A stretch of 64,000 nucleotides of DNA from Syntrophales bacterium (GTDB lineage: Bacteria; Desulfobacterota; Syntrophia; Syntrophales; UBA2210), in the NCBI GenBank assembly GCA_963666365.2, contig CAXXNF010000002.1:832001-896000 (forward strand), written 5' to 3'. The position numbers were made by a program, and so were the translations under genes. The notes beneath the pieces are model-generated. The model saw only the letters and a list, made by a program, of their open reading frames with translations. It did not search any database and was not told the DNA's origin. Positions 1 through 10,725 of the stretch are shown in pieces (within the stretch, counting starts at the first letter, position 1; each line of letters opens with the position of its first letter).

Positions 1-1103
1 TCGCCCTCTTCCAGAGGAAGATCCCTCTTGAGCAACTGTATAGACCCCCCGATGGATGCGAGGGGATTGCGCAGCTCATGGGCCAGCACCGCCGCCATCT
101 CCCCCATGAAGGCCATTTTCTTGTTTTTATCAATTTCACGCTCCATGGCCTTTATCGCAGTGTGATCCTGGAATATCAGTATGTTTCCGATGGGTTCCCC
201 CTCTGGATTCATAAGAGGCGACAGAGAAAACACGAGTAGTGCCGGAGTGTACCTCTTGTACGTGAGCGCGTATTCAAAATTGCCGACGCCGTCTTCGACG
301 CGCTCCATCGCGACGAGCATATCGGGGAATACATCCTCAATGTCCCTGTCAATGGCCTGATGCCGTATAACCCCCGTTATCTCTTCTGCGACCCGGTTGA
401 AAGACCGTATCCTCTGCGCTCTGTCCACGGTGACAACGCCCGCATTCACGGACTCGATAATGCTCCTGTATAATAAATCGAGCCGTTTGAAGGCGTCTTC
501 TCTTTCAATGAGCAGCCTTCGCGTCTTTCGTTCCTGCCCAACGACAAAGCTGGCCAGCAGCGCCACAATGTAAAAAGATACGATGTGTATGAAGATTCTC
601 GAGAATACGTAACCGGCGCTGAAATCATAGACATACATCGCGCTGTAGACGGGCTCAATGAAACCGTAGTATTCCAGATCGAGAAGCAGGCCGTAGAGGA
701 TGCCGCTTGCCGAGGCGAGAAGAATCCCTCCCTTTTTCTCGAGAAACAGCACCGCATAGATAATGACCAGCGAGTACAGGTTTTGATATATGCTTCCGGC
801 GCCGCCCGTCACGTATACAAGCGCGGTGACAATCACCACATCGACCAGGGATTGCAGATAGACATTGCCCGCGACGCTGGTCCATTTTTTTAAGATCAGC
901 ACATATGCAATCGAAATGACATAGGTAAGACCGATGATTGCGTAGACAAGATAGAGGGATGTCTGCGTAAGGAATTCCGTGCCGACAAATTGAATAAAGG
1001 CGGCAATGCCGAGCAGGAAGGATGTAATGATGACCCGGTAAAAGGTAAGCCACCGCAACCGATTGAAGTCGCCATCACTCCTGTCTTTGTGTATCCCTCT
1101 CAT
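1..1103 (-). CDS. pilS: PilS-like membrane sensor histidine kinase (runs off the left edge, C-terminus missing)
   Basis: Translated by hand from ATG at 1103: MRGIHKDRSDGDFNRLRWLTFYRVIITSFLLG..., several TM segments, a PAS-like region, and an in-frame H-box GEMAAVLAHELRNPLASIGGSIQLL near positions 30-110. Not in the ORF track because it has no stop in the window. Confidence 0.8.
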   Translation of the reverse strand, partial: MRGIHKDRSDGDFNRLRWLTFYRVIITSFLLGIAAFIQFVGTEFLTQTSLYLVYAIIGLTYVISIAYVLILKKWTSVAGNVYLQSLVDVVIVTALVYVTGGAGSIYQNLYSLVIIYAVLFLEKKGGILLASASGILYGLLLDLEYYGFIEPVYSAMYVYDFSAGYVFSRIFIHIVSFYIVALLASFVVGQERKTRRLLIEREDAFKRLDLLYRSIIESVNAGVVTVDRAQRIRSFNRVAEEITGVIRHQAIDRDIEDVFPDMLVAMERVEDGVGNFEYALTYKRYTPALLVFSLSPLMNPEGEPIGNILIFQDHTAIKAMEREIDKNKKMAFMGEMAAVLAHELRNPLASIGGSIQLLKRDLPLEEG

Positions 1104-1362
1104 CGAAGATCTGCTCCCCCAGGCCGATGGGTGATATTACACATTCCCTCGCTCCTTGTCCAGAAAAGTTGCCCTTCGGTTTCCACGAGGGACTTGACAG
1201 TTCCCGGCATGAAGAGTATTGGTGAATCTATCTTCATACGTGCCCGATGCCTATCGCAGTCAATCCTCCGTTATATTTTTCGGAGTTACGACATCGCTAC
1301 CCTTCACCACCACAGAGCAGACACAATAGAAAACACAGCAAATCTTTCAAGGCAGTGCAGTC

Positions 1363-3831
1363 ATGAAGGCACCTCTGGTTCCTCTGGTGATAGTGTTCAG
1401 TGCGGGTATTGCGGTCGGCAGCATCGCTTCCCTGCCTTTCGGGTATATTCTTCTTTTCCTTGCGGCGCTTCTGATGCTTCTGCTCATATCGATACGAAAA
1501 GGAATGTACCCGTCCATCGCCTGCGTAACGGCGGTATCGTGGTTTCTTCTGGGCATGTCATCCATTGCGATGCATACCCAGCCCGTCGCTTCGGAATCGA
1601 CCGTCGCACTCTACGCCGGCAACACCCAAAAAACCATTGAAGGAACGGTTATCTCCAGCCCTCATGTGCGCGGGGGGAAAACCCGCGTAGTGGTAAGAGT
1701 CGACAGAATCAGATCAAATTCTGCGGATATACCTGTGAGGGGCGCTGTGCTGCTGACCGTAAGAAATGATCTTGCTGGCATCCACTACGGCGACTTCATC
1801 AGGGTAAAAGCCCGGCTCAGACTGCCGCGCAACTTTCAAAATCCCGGCGGTTTTGATTACGAAAGGTATCTGCGATACCAGCATATCCTTGTAACGGCAT
1901 CGGTACGAAAGCCCACAAATATTATTGTCCTTCGACGAAACGGCGGCAACCCCATCATGCGAAAGATTGAAGAATGCCGTTGCGCCTTCAGGCATGTCCT
2001 TCACCATGCCGCGGACCCGCCGGAAAGAGAACTGCTGGGAGCGCTCATTCTCGGCGACAAGGAACGGGTGCCTTCCGACATCAGAGAGAAGTTCACCCGA
2101 TCGGGGCTTTCACACATCCTGGCAATATCGGGCCTACATGTAGGCATCATCACCTGCATTTCATTTCTTGTCTTCAAGAGGGCGATCAAATCATGGAGCT
2201 TTTTACTTTTGAGGGGCAATCTGGTCAAGCTGTCGGCCTGTCTGGCCTGTTTTCCCATATTCGGCTATAGCCTCATTGCCGGATTCGGCATTTCCACCAT
2301 ACGGGCCGTGCTCATGGTAGGCGTATTTTTTCTATCTCTCCTTTTCTCGAGAAAAGGCAACCCTCTGAACTCACTTGCGCTGGCTGCCCTCGTCATACTT
2401 GTCTTTTCACCGACCTCACTTTTTGACATCTCCTTTCAGCTCTCCTTTTCGGCAGTGGGGGCCATTATCCTAATCACGCCGCCCCTGATTTCCTTTCTGC
2501 ATGTGCATCCCCGTGGCACGGACACGTTCATGGGAAGAAGCCTTGCTGCGGTTGCGACATTCTGTATCGTAAGCCTGGCCGCCACCCTGGGCACGGCGCC
2601 GTTAATCATCCACTCGTTCAATCAACTATCAACCGTCACAATGCTTGCCAATCTCTTCGTCGTTCCCCTTATGGGTTTCGTGGCCCTGCCCCCGGCGTTA
2701 ATAAGCATACTCACGGCCCCCTTCTCCATGCCGGCAACCATGGTGCTCCTGAAAGCGTCGGCCTTTGCCCTCAGCCTCTCCCTTTTCATTGTCGATTGGT
2801 TCGCCTCCTTTTCCCTCTCGTACATTCGTCTCTCAACACCAGATTATATCGAAATTATCTGTTATTATATGTGCCTCCTTCTCCTCTTTTCTATACGCGC
2901 ACCGGGCAAGTCAAAGGCGCGCTCACTATTACTGACAGGCGCCCTGTTCCTGGTCATTGTCACGTTCATTGCAGACAGGTTGATTATCCATTTGCAGACG
3001 ACAGTGCCCGGTCGTCTTTCACTTACCGTACTCGACGTCGGTCAGGGAAGCGCGAACCTTATTACCTTCCCTGATGGCACAGTCATGCTTGTGGACGGCG
3101 GCGGTTTTTACGACCGGAGTTTCGATATCGGGCAGTACGTGGTGGGACCATTCCTCTGGCATAAAAGACTCACCCGTGTAGACATTGTCGTGCTTACCCA
3201 TCCGGATCAGGATCACCTGGGCGGTCTCCCCTTTATCCTGGAAAATTTTTGTATCGGTGAGGTCTGGTCGAATGGAGATCCGTCGGACAGCGATACCTAC
3301 CGTGCCTTCCTGGATATAATTAAAAAAAAGAATATTTCTCACAGGATTGTTCAAAGTGACGATCCGCCGCGATCTATCGCGGGTGTTTCTTTCAAGGTGC
3401 TCCATCCCCCAGAGACGGCCGATGCTCAAAAGCCCGGAGGAACTAATAATCGCAGTATCGTAATGAAATTGACCTATGGCGCCGTCGGCTTCCTTTTGAC
3501 CGCCGACATCATGGAGGCAACGGAACGTGAACTTGCCGCGTCTTCGGTGGACCTTCGGAGCAGGGTCATGCTGGTGCCCCACCATGGCGCTCCCGGTTCG
3601 AGTTCATCAGCGTTTATTGATAAAGTAAAGCCTTATATTGCAGTGGTGAGTTGCGGATATAACAACAATTTCGGCTTCCCAAATCCGCGAGTGTGCGCAC
3701 GCTACCACGACCGGGGAATTCAGCTCCTCCGTACCGACCTTGACGGGGCGGTTACCATTGTGACCGACGGTCGGAAAATCGAAAGGGTCTGTCACGGCGC
3801 ACTGAAGAACAATAGGGCTTCATCCCACTAA
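1363..3831 (+). CDS. comEC: DNA internalization competence protein ComEC/Rec2
   Basis: NPGGFDY, HILAISGLHVG, DISFQLSF competence domain, and C-terminal MBL domain (LDVGQG, THPDQDHLGG, VPHHG, RTDLDGAV). Confidence 0.95.
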   Translation: MKAPLVPLVIVFSAGIAVGSIASLPFGYILLFLAALLMLLLISIRKGMYPSIACVTAVSWFLLGMSSIAMHTQPVASESTVALYAGNTQKTIEGTVISSPHVRGGKTRVVVRVDRIRSNSADIPVRGAVLLTVRNDLAGIHYGDFIRVKARLRLPRNFQNPGGFDYERYLRYQHILVTASVRKPTNIIVLRRNGGNPIMRKIEECRCAFRHVLHHAADPPERELLGALILGDKERVPSDIREKFTRSGLSHILAISGLHVGIITCISFLVFKRAIKSWSFLLLRGNLVKLSACLACFPIFGYSLIAGFGISTIRAVLMVGVFFLSLLFSRKGNPLNSLALAALVILVFSPTSLFDISFQLSFSAVGAIILITPPLISFLHVHPRGTDTFMGRSLAAVATFCIVSLAATLGTAPLIIHSFNQLSTVTMLANLFVVPLMGFVALPPALISILTAPFSMPATMVLLKASAFALSLSLFIVDWFASFSLSYIRLSTPDYIEIICYYMCLLLLFSIRAPGKSKARSLLLTGALFLVIVTFIADRLIIHLQTTVPGRLSLTVLDVGQGSANLITFPDGTVMLVDGGGFYDRSFDIGQYVVGPFLWHKRLTRVDIVVLTHPDQDHLGGLPFILENFCIGEVWSNGDPSDSDTYRAFLDIIKKKNISHRIVQSDDPPRSIAGVSFKVLHPPETADAQKPGGTNNRSIVMKLTYGAVGFLLTADIMEATERELAASSVDLRSRVMLVPHHGAPGSSSSAFIDKVKPYIAVVSCGYNNNFGFPNPRVCARYHDRGIQLLRTDLDGAVTIVTDGRKIERVCHGALKNNRASSH

Positions 3832-3861
3832 TCTCACTTCCAAATTGCACGTAAATCATAT

Positions 3862-3890
3862 TTGCCTTTACCCCTGAACTGTGATATCAC
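3862..3890 (+). promoter_or_regulatory. possible sigma70 promoter of hisS-aspS
   Basis: TTGCCT-17 bp-TATCAC with extended TG at 3882-3883; weak consensus match only. Confidence 0.3.
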
Positions 3891-3915
3891 ATCCACCTTT
3901 GATTGACGGGAGACT

Positions 3916-5196
3916 GTGCATATGGCTTCAATTACATCCGTTCGGGGATTTAAAGACATTCTGCCTGAAGAAACGGCAAAATGGCGCTATGTGGAAGAAA
4001 CCGCGCGCCGCGTATTCGCCTGTTTCGGCGTGAAAGAGATCAGAATTCCCCTGCTTGAAAAAACCGAACTCTTTAAAAGGGGCATCGGCGAAGCCACTGA
4101 TATTGTGGAAAAGGAGATGTACACCTTTCTCGACCGCGGAGGCGACTATCTGACCCTGCGTCCCGAGGCGACGGCATCAGTCATTAGGGCCTATCTGGAG
4201 CATCATCTCTATACAAAAGAACCGCTCTCGAAACTCTACACCATGGGCCCCATGTTCAGGAGGGAACGCCCCCAGAAAGGGCGTTTTCGTCAGTTTCATC
4301 AGATAAATGTTGAATTTCTGGGGCTGGACGATCCTCGAATCGACAGCGAACTTATTTTCATGCTCATTCATTTTCTGCGTGCTGTGGGGCTTGAGGACCT
4401 GACCCTGGAAATCAATTCTCTGGGGTGTCCGCTATGCCGTCCTGCATTCAGGGACAGGCTTACCTCTTTTCTGGCGGACAAAGAAAACGCGCTTTGCGAA
4501 GATTGTCGTCGAAGGCTCGGGACAAACCCCCTTCGCATCTTCGATTGCAAACAGGAAGGATGTCGGGAAACGATTGCCGGGGCACCCCTCATCCTCGATT
4601 ATATCTGCGACGACTGCGATGCGCACTTTAAAGAGGTGCAACGGCATCTCGATACGCTCGATACCCCCTACAGGGTGAATAGACGAATGGTCCGGGGACT
4701 CGATTATTACACGCGCACCGCCTTTGAGGTTACTACTTCGGCACTGGGCGCCCAGAACGCCGTCACGGGGGGGGGACGATACGACGGTCTTCCCAAACTG
4801 CTTGGAGGCCCGGATATTCCCGGAATCGGTTTTGCGATCGGCGTTGAGCGGCTGATTTCCATGCAGCCGGCGGGGGCGGAAGGCTCAAATGCGAATCCCG
4901 ATCTGTTCATTGCCTCCCTCGGAGAGAAGGCCCGCGATTTCGCCTACGGGCTTTCAAACAGATTGCGCGCTTCTGGTTTGATCGCTGAAATGGAATTCTC
5001 CGACAAAGGGTTGAAGAGTCAGATGAAACGCGCCAACAAACTCGGCTGCCGTTACACCTTGATCATCGGGGAAAATGAACTGGCGACAGGGAATGCGCCC
5101 TTGCGTCAAATGGACGGAGGCGAGCAGAGAGACGTAGCGCTGTCATCACCGCGTGATCTTTCCGCCATTCTCAGAACGGGAAAGACGAATACCTAA
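3916..5196 (+). CDS. hisS: histidine--tRNA ligase (start may be ATG 3922)
   Basis: RGFKD, KEMYTF, LRPEATA, FRRERPQKGRFRQFHQ, VRGLDYY, GGGRYD. Confidence 0.98.
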   Translation: MHMASITSVRGFKDILPEETAKWRYVEETARRVFACFGVKEIRIPLLEKTELFKRGIGEATDIVEKEMYTFLDRGGDYLTLRPEATASVIRAYLEHHLYTKEPLSKLYTMGPMFRRERPQKGRFRQFHQINVEFLGLDDPRIDSELIFMLIHFLRAVGLEDLTLEINSLGCPLCRPAFRDRLTSFLADKENALCEDCRRRLGTNPLRIFDCKQEGCRETIAGAPLILDYICDDCDAHFKEVQRHLDTLDTPYRVNRRMVRGLDYYTRTAFEVTTSALGAQNAVTGGGRYDGLPKLLGGPDIPGIGFAIGVERLISMQPAGAEGSNANPDLFIASLGEKARDFAYGLSNRLRASGLIAEMEFSDKGLKSQMKRANKLGCRYTLIIGENELATGNAPLRQMDGGEQRDVALSSPRDLSAILRTGKTNT

Positions 5197-5247
5197 CCCC
5201 ACACACAGGGATATACACTACACTATACATAGACGAGGAATAGGCTG

Positions 5248-7023
5248 GTGTCTGAATTTATTACAAAAGAAAAAAGGACTCATTACTGTGGCGACCTTCG
5301 CATATCTCACGTAGGTGAAACGGTTACACTCATGGGATGGACCCACCGGAGACGGGATCATGGAGGAGTTATTTTTGTCGATCTTCGAGACCGGACCGGA
5401 ATTGCGCAGGTGGTCTTCAATCCGGAAAAGAGCCCCATGGCTCATACGGAGGCCCATAAAATACGAAGCGAATATGTCCTTGCTGTCAGGGGAACGGTGA
5501 TCACACGCCTGGAGGGGATGGAAAACCCGTCGTTAAAGACCGGACAAATAGAGGTGATGGTTGACGAACTCGAAATTCTCAACGAGTCGAAGACACCTCC
5601 CTTCATGCTCGATGAAGAAACGGAAATCTCGGAAACCGTGCGGCTTAAATATCGCTATCTCGATCTTCGGCGCCGGCACATTCAGCGCAATCTGCTGCTT
5701 CGCGACAAGGTGGCAACCGCCACACGGAATTACCTTCATGACCAGGGATTTGTCGAAATCGAAACCCCCTTTCTTGGTAAAAGCACGCCCGAAGGCGCCC
5801 GCGACTATCTGGTGCCCAGCCGCGTCAACCCGGGCATGTTCTATGCGCTTCCTCAGTCGCCGCAACTCTTCAAGCAATTACTCATGGTATCGGGATTCGA
5901 CCGCTACTATCAGATCGTAAAATGTTTCAGAGACGAGGATCTCAGGGCCGACCGCCAGCCTGAATTCACCCAGATCGACATGGAACTTTCATTTATTTCC
6001 GAAGACGATCTGATCGATATTATTGAAGGATTAATGGCACGCATCTTCAAGGAGGGAATGGGTCTGGATCTGACGCTTCCTTTCCCGCGCCTGACCTATG
6101 GGGAAGCGATTTCCCGTTACGGACGGGACAACCCCGACCGGCGCTTCGGGCTGGAGCTGAAGGACCTCACGGACGTGCTCAGCACGTCTCAACTGAAGGT
6201 CTTTGCGGAAGTGGCCTCACGAGGCGGGATGATCAAGGCCATAAAACTGGAAGACGGTAAAAGGCTTTCTCGTAAGGATCTTGACCTTTTGCCCGGGTAT
6301 GTGAGCGATTTCGGCGCCAAGGGTCTGGCATGGGCGCGGGTCAATGAAGACGGCTGGACTTCGCCGATCTTCAAATTCCTCACTGCCGAAGAGGTCGCGC
6401 GTATCAATGAGCGGATGGACGCGTCTCCGGGGGATCTGATTTTCTTTGTCGCCGACACCCCCAAGGTAGTAAATGACGCCCTCGGCAACCTCCGCGTCCA
6501 CATTGCCGAAAAACTGGGCCTCATTACGCCGGATACCTACGCATTCACCTGGATCACGGAATTCCCCATGTTTGAATACAGCGAAACGGAAAAACGCTTC
6601 ATGGCCACCCATCATCCTTTCACGTCGCCGGTCCTTGAAGATGTCCCGCTCCTTCTTTCCGAGCCGGGGAAGGTGCGCGCACAAGCCTATGATCTGGTGC
6701 TGAATGGTTCGGAAATAGGAGGTGGAAGCATTCGAATCCACAAAAGCGCGGTACAGTCCACGGTGTTCAAGGCCCTTGCACTGAGCGATGAAGATGTGCG
6801 GGCAAAATTCGGTTTTTTTCTTGATGCGCTCGAATACGGCACTCCGCCCCACGGCGGCATCGCCTTCGGTCTCGACAGAATCATCATGATCATGGCGGGC
6901 GCCGAATCTATACGTGATGTCATCGCCTTCCCGAAAACGCAGAAAGCGACCTGCCTGCTTACCGAGGCGCCCTCGGCAGCAAGCCTGGCACAGCTCATGG
7001 AGCTGTCGCTCAAAGTAGTATAG
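5248..7023 (+). CDS. aspS: aspartate--tRNA ligase, probably non-discriminating Asp/Asn type
   Basis: RTHYCG, RRRDHGG (His typical of ND-AspRS), [42 protein letters not shown]. Confidence 0.97.
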   Translation: MSEFITKEKRTHYCGDLRISHVGETVTLMGWTHRRRDHGGVIFVDLRDRTGIAQVVFNPEKSPMAHTEAHKIRSEYVLAVRGTVITRLEGMENPSLKTGQIEVMVDELEILNESKTPPFMLDEETEISETVRLKYRYLDLRRRHIQRNLLLRDKVATATRNYLHDQGFVEIETPFLGKSTPEGARDYLVPSRVNPGMFYALPQSPQLFKQLLMVSGFDRYYQIVKCFRDEDLRADRQPEFTQIDMELSFISEDDLIDIIEGLMARIFKEGMGLDLTLPFPRLTYGEAISRYGRDNPDRRFGLELKDLTDVLSTSQLKVFAEVASRGGMIKAIKLEDGKRLSRKDLDLLPGYVSDFGAKGLAWARVNEDGWTSPIFKFLTAEEVARINERMDASPGDLIFFVADTPKVVNDALGNLRVHIAEKLGLITPDTYAFTWITEFPMFEYSETEKRFMATHHPFTSPVLEDVPLLLSEPGKVRAQAYDLVLNGSEIGGGSIRIHKSAVQSTVFKALALSDEDVRAKFGFFLDALEYGTPPHGGIAFGLDRIIMIMAGAESIRDVIAFPKTQKATCLLTEAPSAASLAQLMELSLKVV

Positions 7024-7031
7024 TATAAAAA

Positions 7032-7082
7032 GTTTTGAGTGTTGGGTTGTGGGTTATCACCTATCACCCATGACCCATCACC
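7032..7082. repeat. heptamer tandem repeat with G/T-rich and C/A-rich arms, possible bidirectional terminator between aspS and the helicase
   Basis: gttttga gtgttgg gttgtgg gt | tatcacc tatcacc catgacc catcacc. Confidence 0.65.
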
Positions 7083-9046
7083 TATTCCTCATCGATAAGC
7101 CACTGTTCGAAGGGTCGTTCGCTTGGCGACAGGTGTGAAGGCGCCAATTCCTGGATGAAGCGCGACGGCGCGCAGGGTTTCCCGCCGTACCCCCGATTGC
7201 CGTCCATTACGGTGTGGCACAGGTAGAGCTGATCCTTCGCCCTTGTGGCGGCCACGTAAAAGAGGCGCCGTTCCTCATCGACGCCCGACGGCTCTCTGAG
7301 CGCACGGGCCAGCGGGATCAGACCCTCGGAGCACCGAATCATGAATACCACCGACCATTCCAGCCCTTTCGCCTGGTGGATGGTGCTGAGCACAACCCTT
7401 TCCTCTTCCATGTCCCTTCGATATCCTTCGCTTTCTTCATCCATATTCGTCATCAGTGCCAGATCGCTTAAAAAATCGCCAAGGGATTGAAACTGTTTTG
7501 AAAAGAGCGCAAGTTGGCGCAAATCATCCTCCCGTGAAGCGGAATCGCCGTAGCGGGCTCTCAAAATATCCCGGTATCCCGCCGCCAACACCGATTCGAG
7601 CACCTCCCCAGGGTGATCCGATCGTGGGGTCTCATAGACGGTACCGAATATGGCCCGCACTCCGGCAATGCCCGGTTCAGCCGCCTTACCCGCCGCCCGT
7701 GCAAGCTCTTCAGAAAAAAGCGCCTGTTGCGGGTCACCAGAAGCTTCGAGGAATTTCCAGATCTTGTCGGCCCTTGCCTTCCCAATCTTCTCAAAGAGCC
7801 CCAGAAGTCGTTTCCAGGCAAGCTCATCGAAGGGATTAGCCACAATGCGCAGAAAGGCTGTCACATCCTTTATGTGAGCCTGCTCAAAAAACCTGATGCC
7901 CGACCGTATCACAAAGGGCATCCCCCTCCGCACCATTTCCATCTGAAGTTCCATTGAATGGTAATGGGCGCGATACAGCACGGCAATTTCATTGAGGGGC
8001 ACTCCGGCGTCCGACAGCTCTCGTATTCTCTGCACCACAAAATGCGCCTGTTGAATCACATCTCTCATCGGCGCATAGATGGGCCGCGCCCCTCCGTCCC
8101 TCACTGCCCGGAGCTTTTTACGAAACTGTTTCGCATTATTCACGATGGACATATTGGCCAGATGAAGGATCTGCGGCGTGCTCCGGTAGTTTGTTTCGAG
8201 TTTGAAAACCCGGGCATTGCCGTATTTTTCAGGAAAGGCCAGGATATTGGTATAATCGGCGCCCCGGAAAGAATAGATGCTCTGCGAGTCATCACCGACC
8301 ACCATGATATTGTTGTGCGCTGCCGCAAGAAGGTCGAGGATATCCGCCTGAATGATATTAGTGTCCTGATACTCATCGACGAGAATATGGAGAAATTGTT
8401 GCGCGTATCGTTCCCGCAGCTCTTCCTGTTCCATCAGAAGTTTTCGCCAGTGCACCAGCAGGTCGTCAAAATCCATGACATTCAATTCTTTTTTTCTTAT
8501 GCGAAAGCGCAGGGCGATCTTGTGGATGTCCGTAATGTATTTGAAGATGCCGGGGTATTTTTCCGCGACAATGGTCTCAAAGGTCCTGCAGGTATTCTCT
8601 GCAAGGCTTAAAATATCTAGAATCAGGGTTGCCTTGGGGAAATTAATGCCCTTTGTCACAATGCCGAGATCGGCAATGGAGTGTGTCAGAAGCTGCCTTG
8701 CATCATCGCGGTCCAGAATTGAATAGGCACGGTCATAGCCAAGAAGCTCGGCATGGCGTCTCAGTATGCGATTGCCCAAGTGATGAAAGGTACCGCCCCA
8801 TACACCTTTAGCGCCGGCGCCTATCAACGCTTCGACGCGCTGAAGCATCGATCGGGCCGCCTTGTTGGTAAAAGTGGCAAGCAGGACGCGCTCAGGGCTT
8901 ACCCCCTGTTCAATGAGACGGGCGACCCGGTAGGTAAGGGCCCGTGTCTTCCCGCTGCCCGCACCGGCGATTACCAGTGCGGGGCCGTCCGGGGCCGTCA
9001 CTACTTCATACTGCTCTGCATTCAGTTCATGTATATAGTCAATCAT
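7082..9046 (-). CDS. UvrD/PcrA-family ATP-dependent DNA helicase
   Basis: AGAGSGKT, TFTNKAA, VDEYQD, VGDDSQSIYSFRGA, NYRS, STIHQAKGLEW, EERRLFYVAATRA. Confidence 0.95.
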   Translation of the reverse strand: MIDYIHELNAEQYEVVTAPDGPALVIAGAGSGKTRALTYRVARLIEQGVSPERVLLATFTNKAARSMLQRVEALIGAGAKGVWGGTFHHLGNRILRRHAELLGYDRAYSILDRDDARQLLTHSIADLGIVTKGINFPKATLILDILSLAENTCRTFETIVAEKYPGIFKYITDIHKIALRFRIRKKELNVMDFDDLLVHWRKLLMEQEELRERYAQQFLHILVDEYQDTNIIQADILDLLAAAHNNIMVVGDDSQSIYSFRGADYTNILAFPEKYGNARVFKLETNYRSTPQILHLANMSIVNNAKQFRKKLRAVRDGGARPIYAPMRDVIQQAHFVVQRIRELSDAGVPLNEIAVLYRAHYHSMELQMEMVRRGMPFVIRSGIRFFEQAHIKDVTAFLRIVANPFDELAWKRLLGLFEKIGKARADKIWKFLEASGDPQQALFSEELARAAGKAAEPGIAGVRAIFGTVYETPRSDHPGEVLESVLAAGYRDILRARYGDSASREDDLRQLALFSKQFQSLGDFLSDLALMTNMDEESEGYRRDMEEERVVLSTIHQAKGLEWSVVFMIRCSEGLIPLARALREPSGVDEERRLFYVAATRAKDQLYLCHTVMDGNRGYGGKPCAPSRFIQELAPSHLSPSERPFEQWLIDEE

Positions 9047-9070
9047 TGATTTTCCAGGCGATGTGCGAAG

Positions 9071-9132
9071 TAGGTTAAGGTTATGGTTTATGGGCTATTT
9101 TACCCATCGCCCATCACCAATGATCCGTCACC
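9071..9132. repeat. second heptamer-type tandem repeat, same orientation as 7032-7082
   Basis: taggtta aggtta tggttta tgggcta ... catcgcc catcacc aatgatc cgtcacc. Confidence 0.55.
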
Positions 9133-9134
9133 TG

Positions 9135-9782
9135 TTACTTTTTCAGACTTTTTTCGATTTCCGCTACGGTATCCTTGCTCTGGAGGGACAGGAAATTCTT
9201 GAGCAGGCCTTCACGCTCATAAAAGCCGATCAGGGGCTCGGTTTTTTCGTTGTACGTTTCCAGACGATTGGATATTGCTTCTTCCGTTTCATCATCTCTT
9301 TGTATGCATGGACTTCCGCATTTTTTACAGGTTCCCTCTGCCGAGGGAGGATTGCTTTTGATGTTGTAAATCTCCTGACAATCAGGATTCGAACAGGTGC
9401 GCCGCGTCGTCAGTCGATCGAGAATCACCTCTCGGGGAACTTCGAGATTTACCACAAAGTCAAGCGTAATGCCGAGTCGTTCCAGCAGTGCTTTCAGTTC
9501 TTCCGCCTGGGGGATCGTCCTTGGAAATCCATCCAGAATAAATCCCTTCCGGCAATCCGGTTCCTGAAGGCGAACCTCCATTATTTTCATGATCAGTGAA
9601 TCGGGAACGAGATCGCCGCGATCCATGTATCCCTTTGCCTCTTTGCCCAGATCGGTTCCATCTTTCACGGCGGCTCTCAAAATGTCTCCCGTAGAAATCT
9701 GAACAGAACCGTCGAACTCCGACAACAACTTTGCCACCGTACCTTTCCCGGCACCCGGCGCACCTAATAAAATTATTCTCAT
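9135..9782 (-). CDS. adk: adenylate kinase with Cys-type (Zn) lid
   Basis: MRIILLGAPGAGKGT, ISTGDILR, FILDGFPRT, lid CSNPDC...CKKC, QRDDE. GAGGAGG RBS upstream of ATG 9782. Confidence 0.97.
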   Translation of the reverse strand: MRIILLGAPGAGKGTVAKLLSEFDGSVQISTGDILRAAVKDGTDLGKEAKGYMDRGDLVPDSLIMKIMEVRLQEPDCRKGFILDGFPRTIPQAEELKALLERLGITLDFVVNLEVPREVILDRLTTRRTCSNPDCQEIYNIKSNPPSAEGTCKKCGSPCIQRDDETEEAISNRLETYNEKTEPLIGFYEREGLLKNFLSLQSKDTVAEIEKSLKK

Positions 9783-9915
9783 CGCATGCCTCCTCGAGTA
9801 AATTTTTATACTACAGGGTGAGTCCTTATAAGAGAAAGCCGCCCCCGGGTCAAGAAAATATATATAGGGATGAGATATGCGGGGCTTGAGTTTTGTCATT
9901 CCCGCTCATCGGGCG

Positions 9916-10416
9916 CTAATAGGAAAAGGTTTTCCATCGGGGTGCGCGGTCATAGACATCGAGAGGCGGTGTGGTCACCACCAGACGGCCTTCTTTGTCC
10001 CGACTGATCGCGGATGTGCTGTCCTGAACCGAATACCATATGCCAACCTTTTTACCGGTGCTGTCCGTAATATCAAACCCGTAGAGCCTGAGGCCTACGC
10101 TTGATGCCTTAACCTGCATATTGCGCACGGATTCTTCCAATGTATCTCTCGTAAAGGATCGTTGTTTCCATAATCCCTGATCGAAGGGCTCGTTTTTGTC
10201 TACACCGACGATCGCCCTTGGTTCCACATCGGTTCCGCTTATGTAATAGACATAACCGCCCACATTGAAGCTTTCGAAGTGGGCCCTTACCTCATCATTG
10301 ATCATCAACCGTCCGTAGGATCCATTGAAAACCGCACATCCTGCCCAGCACAAAAGAGATATGCACAAAAGAAATGTCAGAAATATTTTTTTATGGCCTC
10401 GCATCTGTTCGTTCAT
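9916..10416 (-). CDS. hypothetical lipoprotein
   Basis: AAGGAG RBS before ATG 10416; basic N-terminus, hydrophobic stretch and lipobox-like WAGC. Confidence 0.65.
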   Translation of the reverse strand: MNEQMRGHKKIFLTFLLCISLLCWAGCAVFNGSYGRLMINDEVRAHFESFNVGGYVYYISGTDVEPRAIVGVDKNEPFDQGLWKQRSFTRDTLEESVRNMQVKASSVGLRLYGFDITDSTGKKVGIWYSVQDSTSAISRDKEGRLVVTTPPLDVYDRAPRWKTFSY

Positions 10417-10725
10417 GACCGTCGCTCCTTTTTTGTAGTGACTGCCCATTCCCCCGCCTTACCTGACGCATGGTTTTTTCACGACAGCAGTGGATTCTGT
10501 GATGTTTCTACCACCGGCTGTACGCAAAAGATACAAGATATTTCAATCCTGAGGAGGGGAAATGGGCGGTGCAATCCGTCCAACATTTCAACTTGAATCT
10601 TTTTTTTGGCTCAGGCACAATAAAAGTGTCTTTTTTCAATCCCCTAAGGTTTTATGTTCCGGATTCAATGTAAACAGATTCGAAACGTACAGGGAACGCC
10701 GGCCGGACCGGAAAGGACACAGGAC

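Noticed and set aside
1194..1222. sigma70 promoter for comEC (perfect TTGACA)
   Set aside because: The -10 at 17 bp spacing (TATTGG) is poor, so it is not supportable without TSS data.
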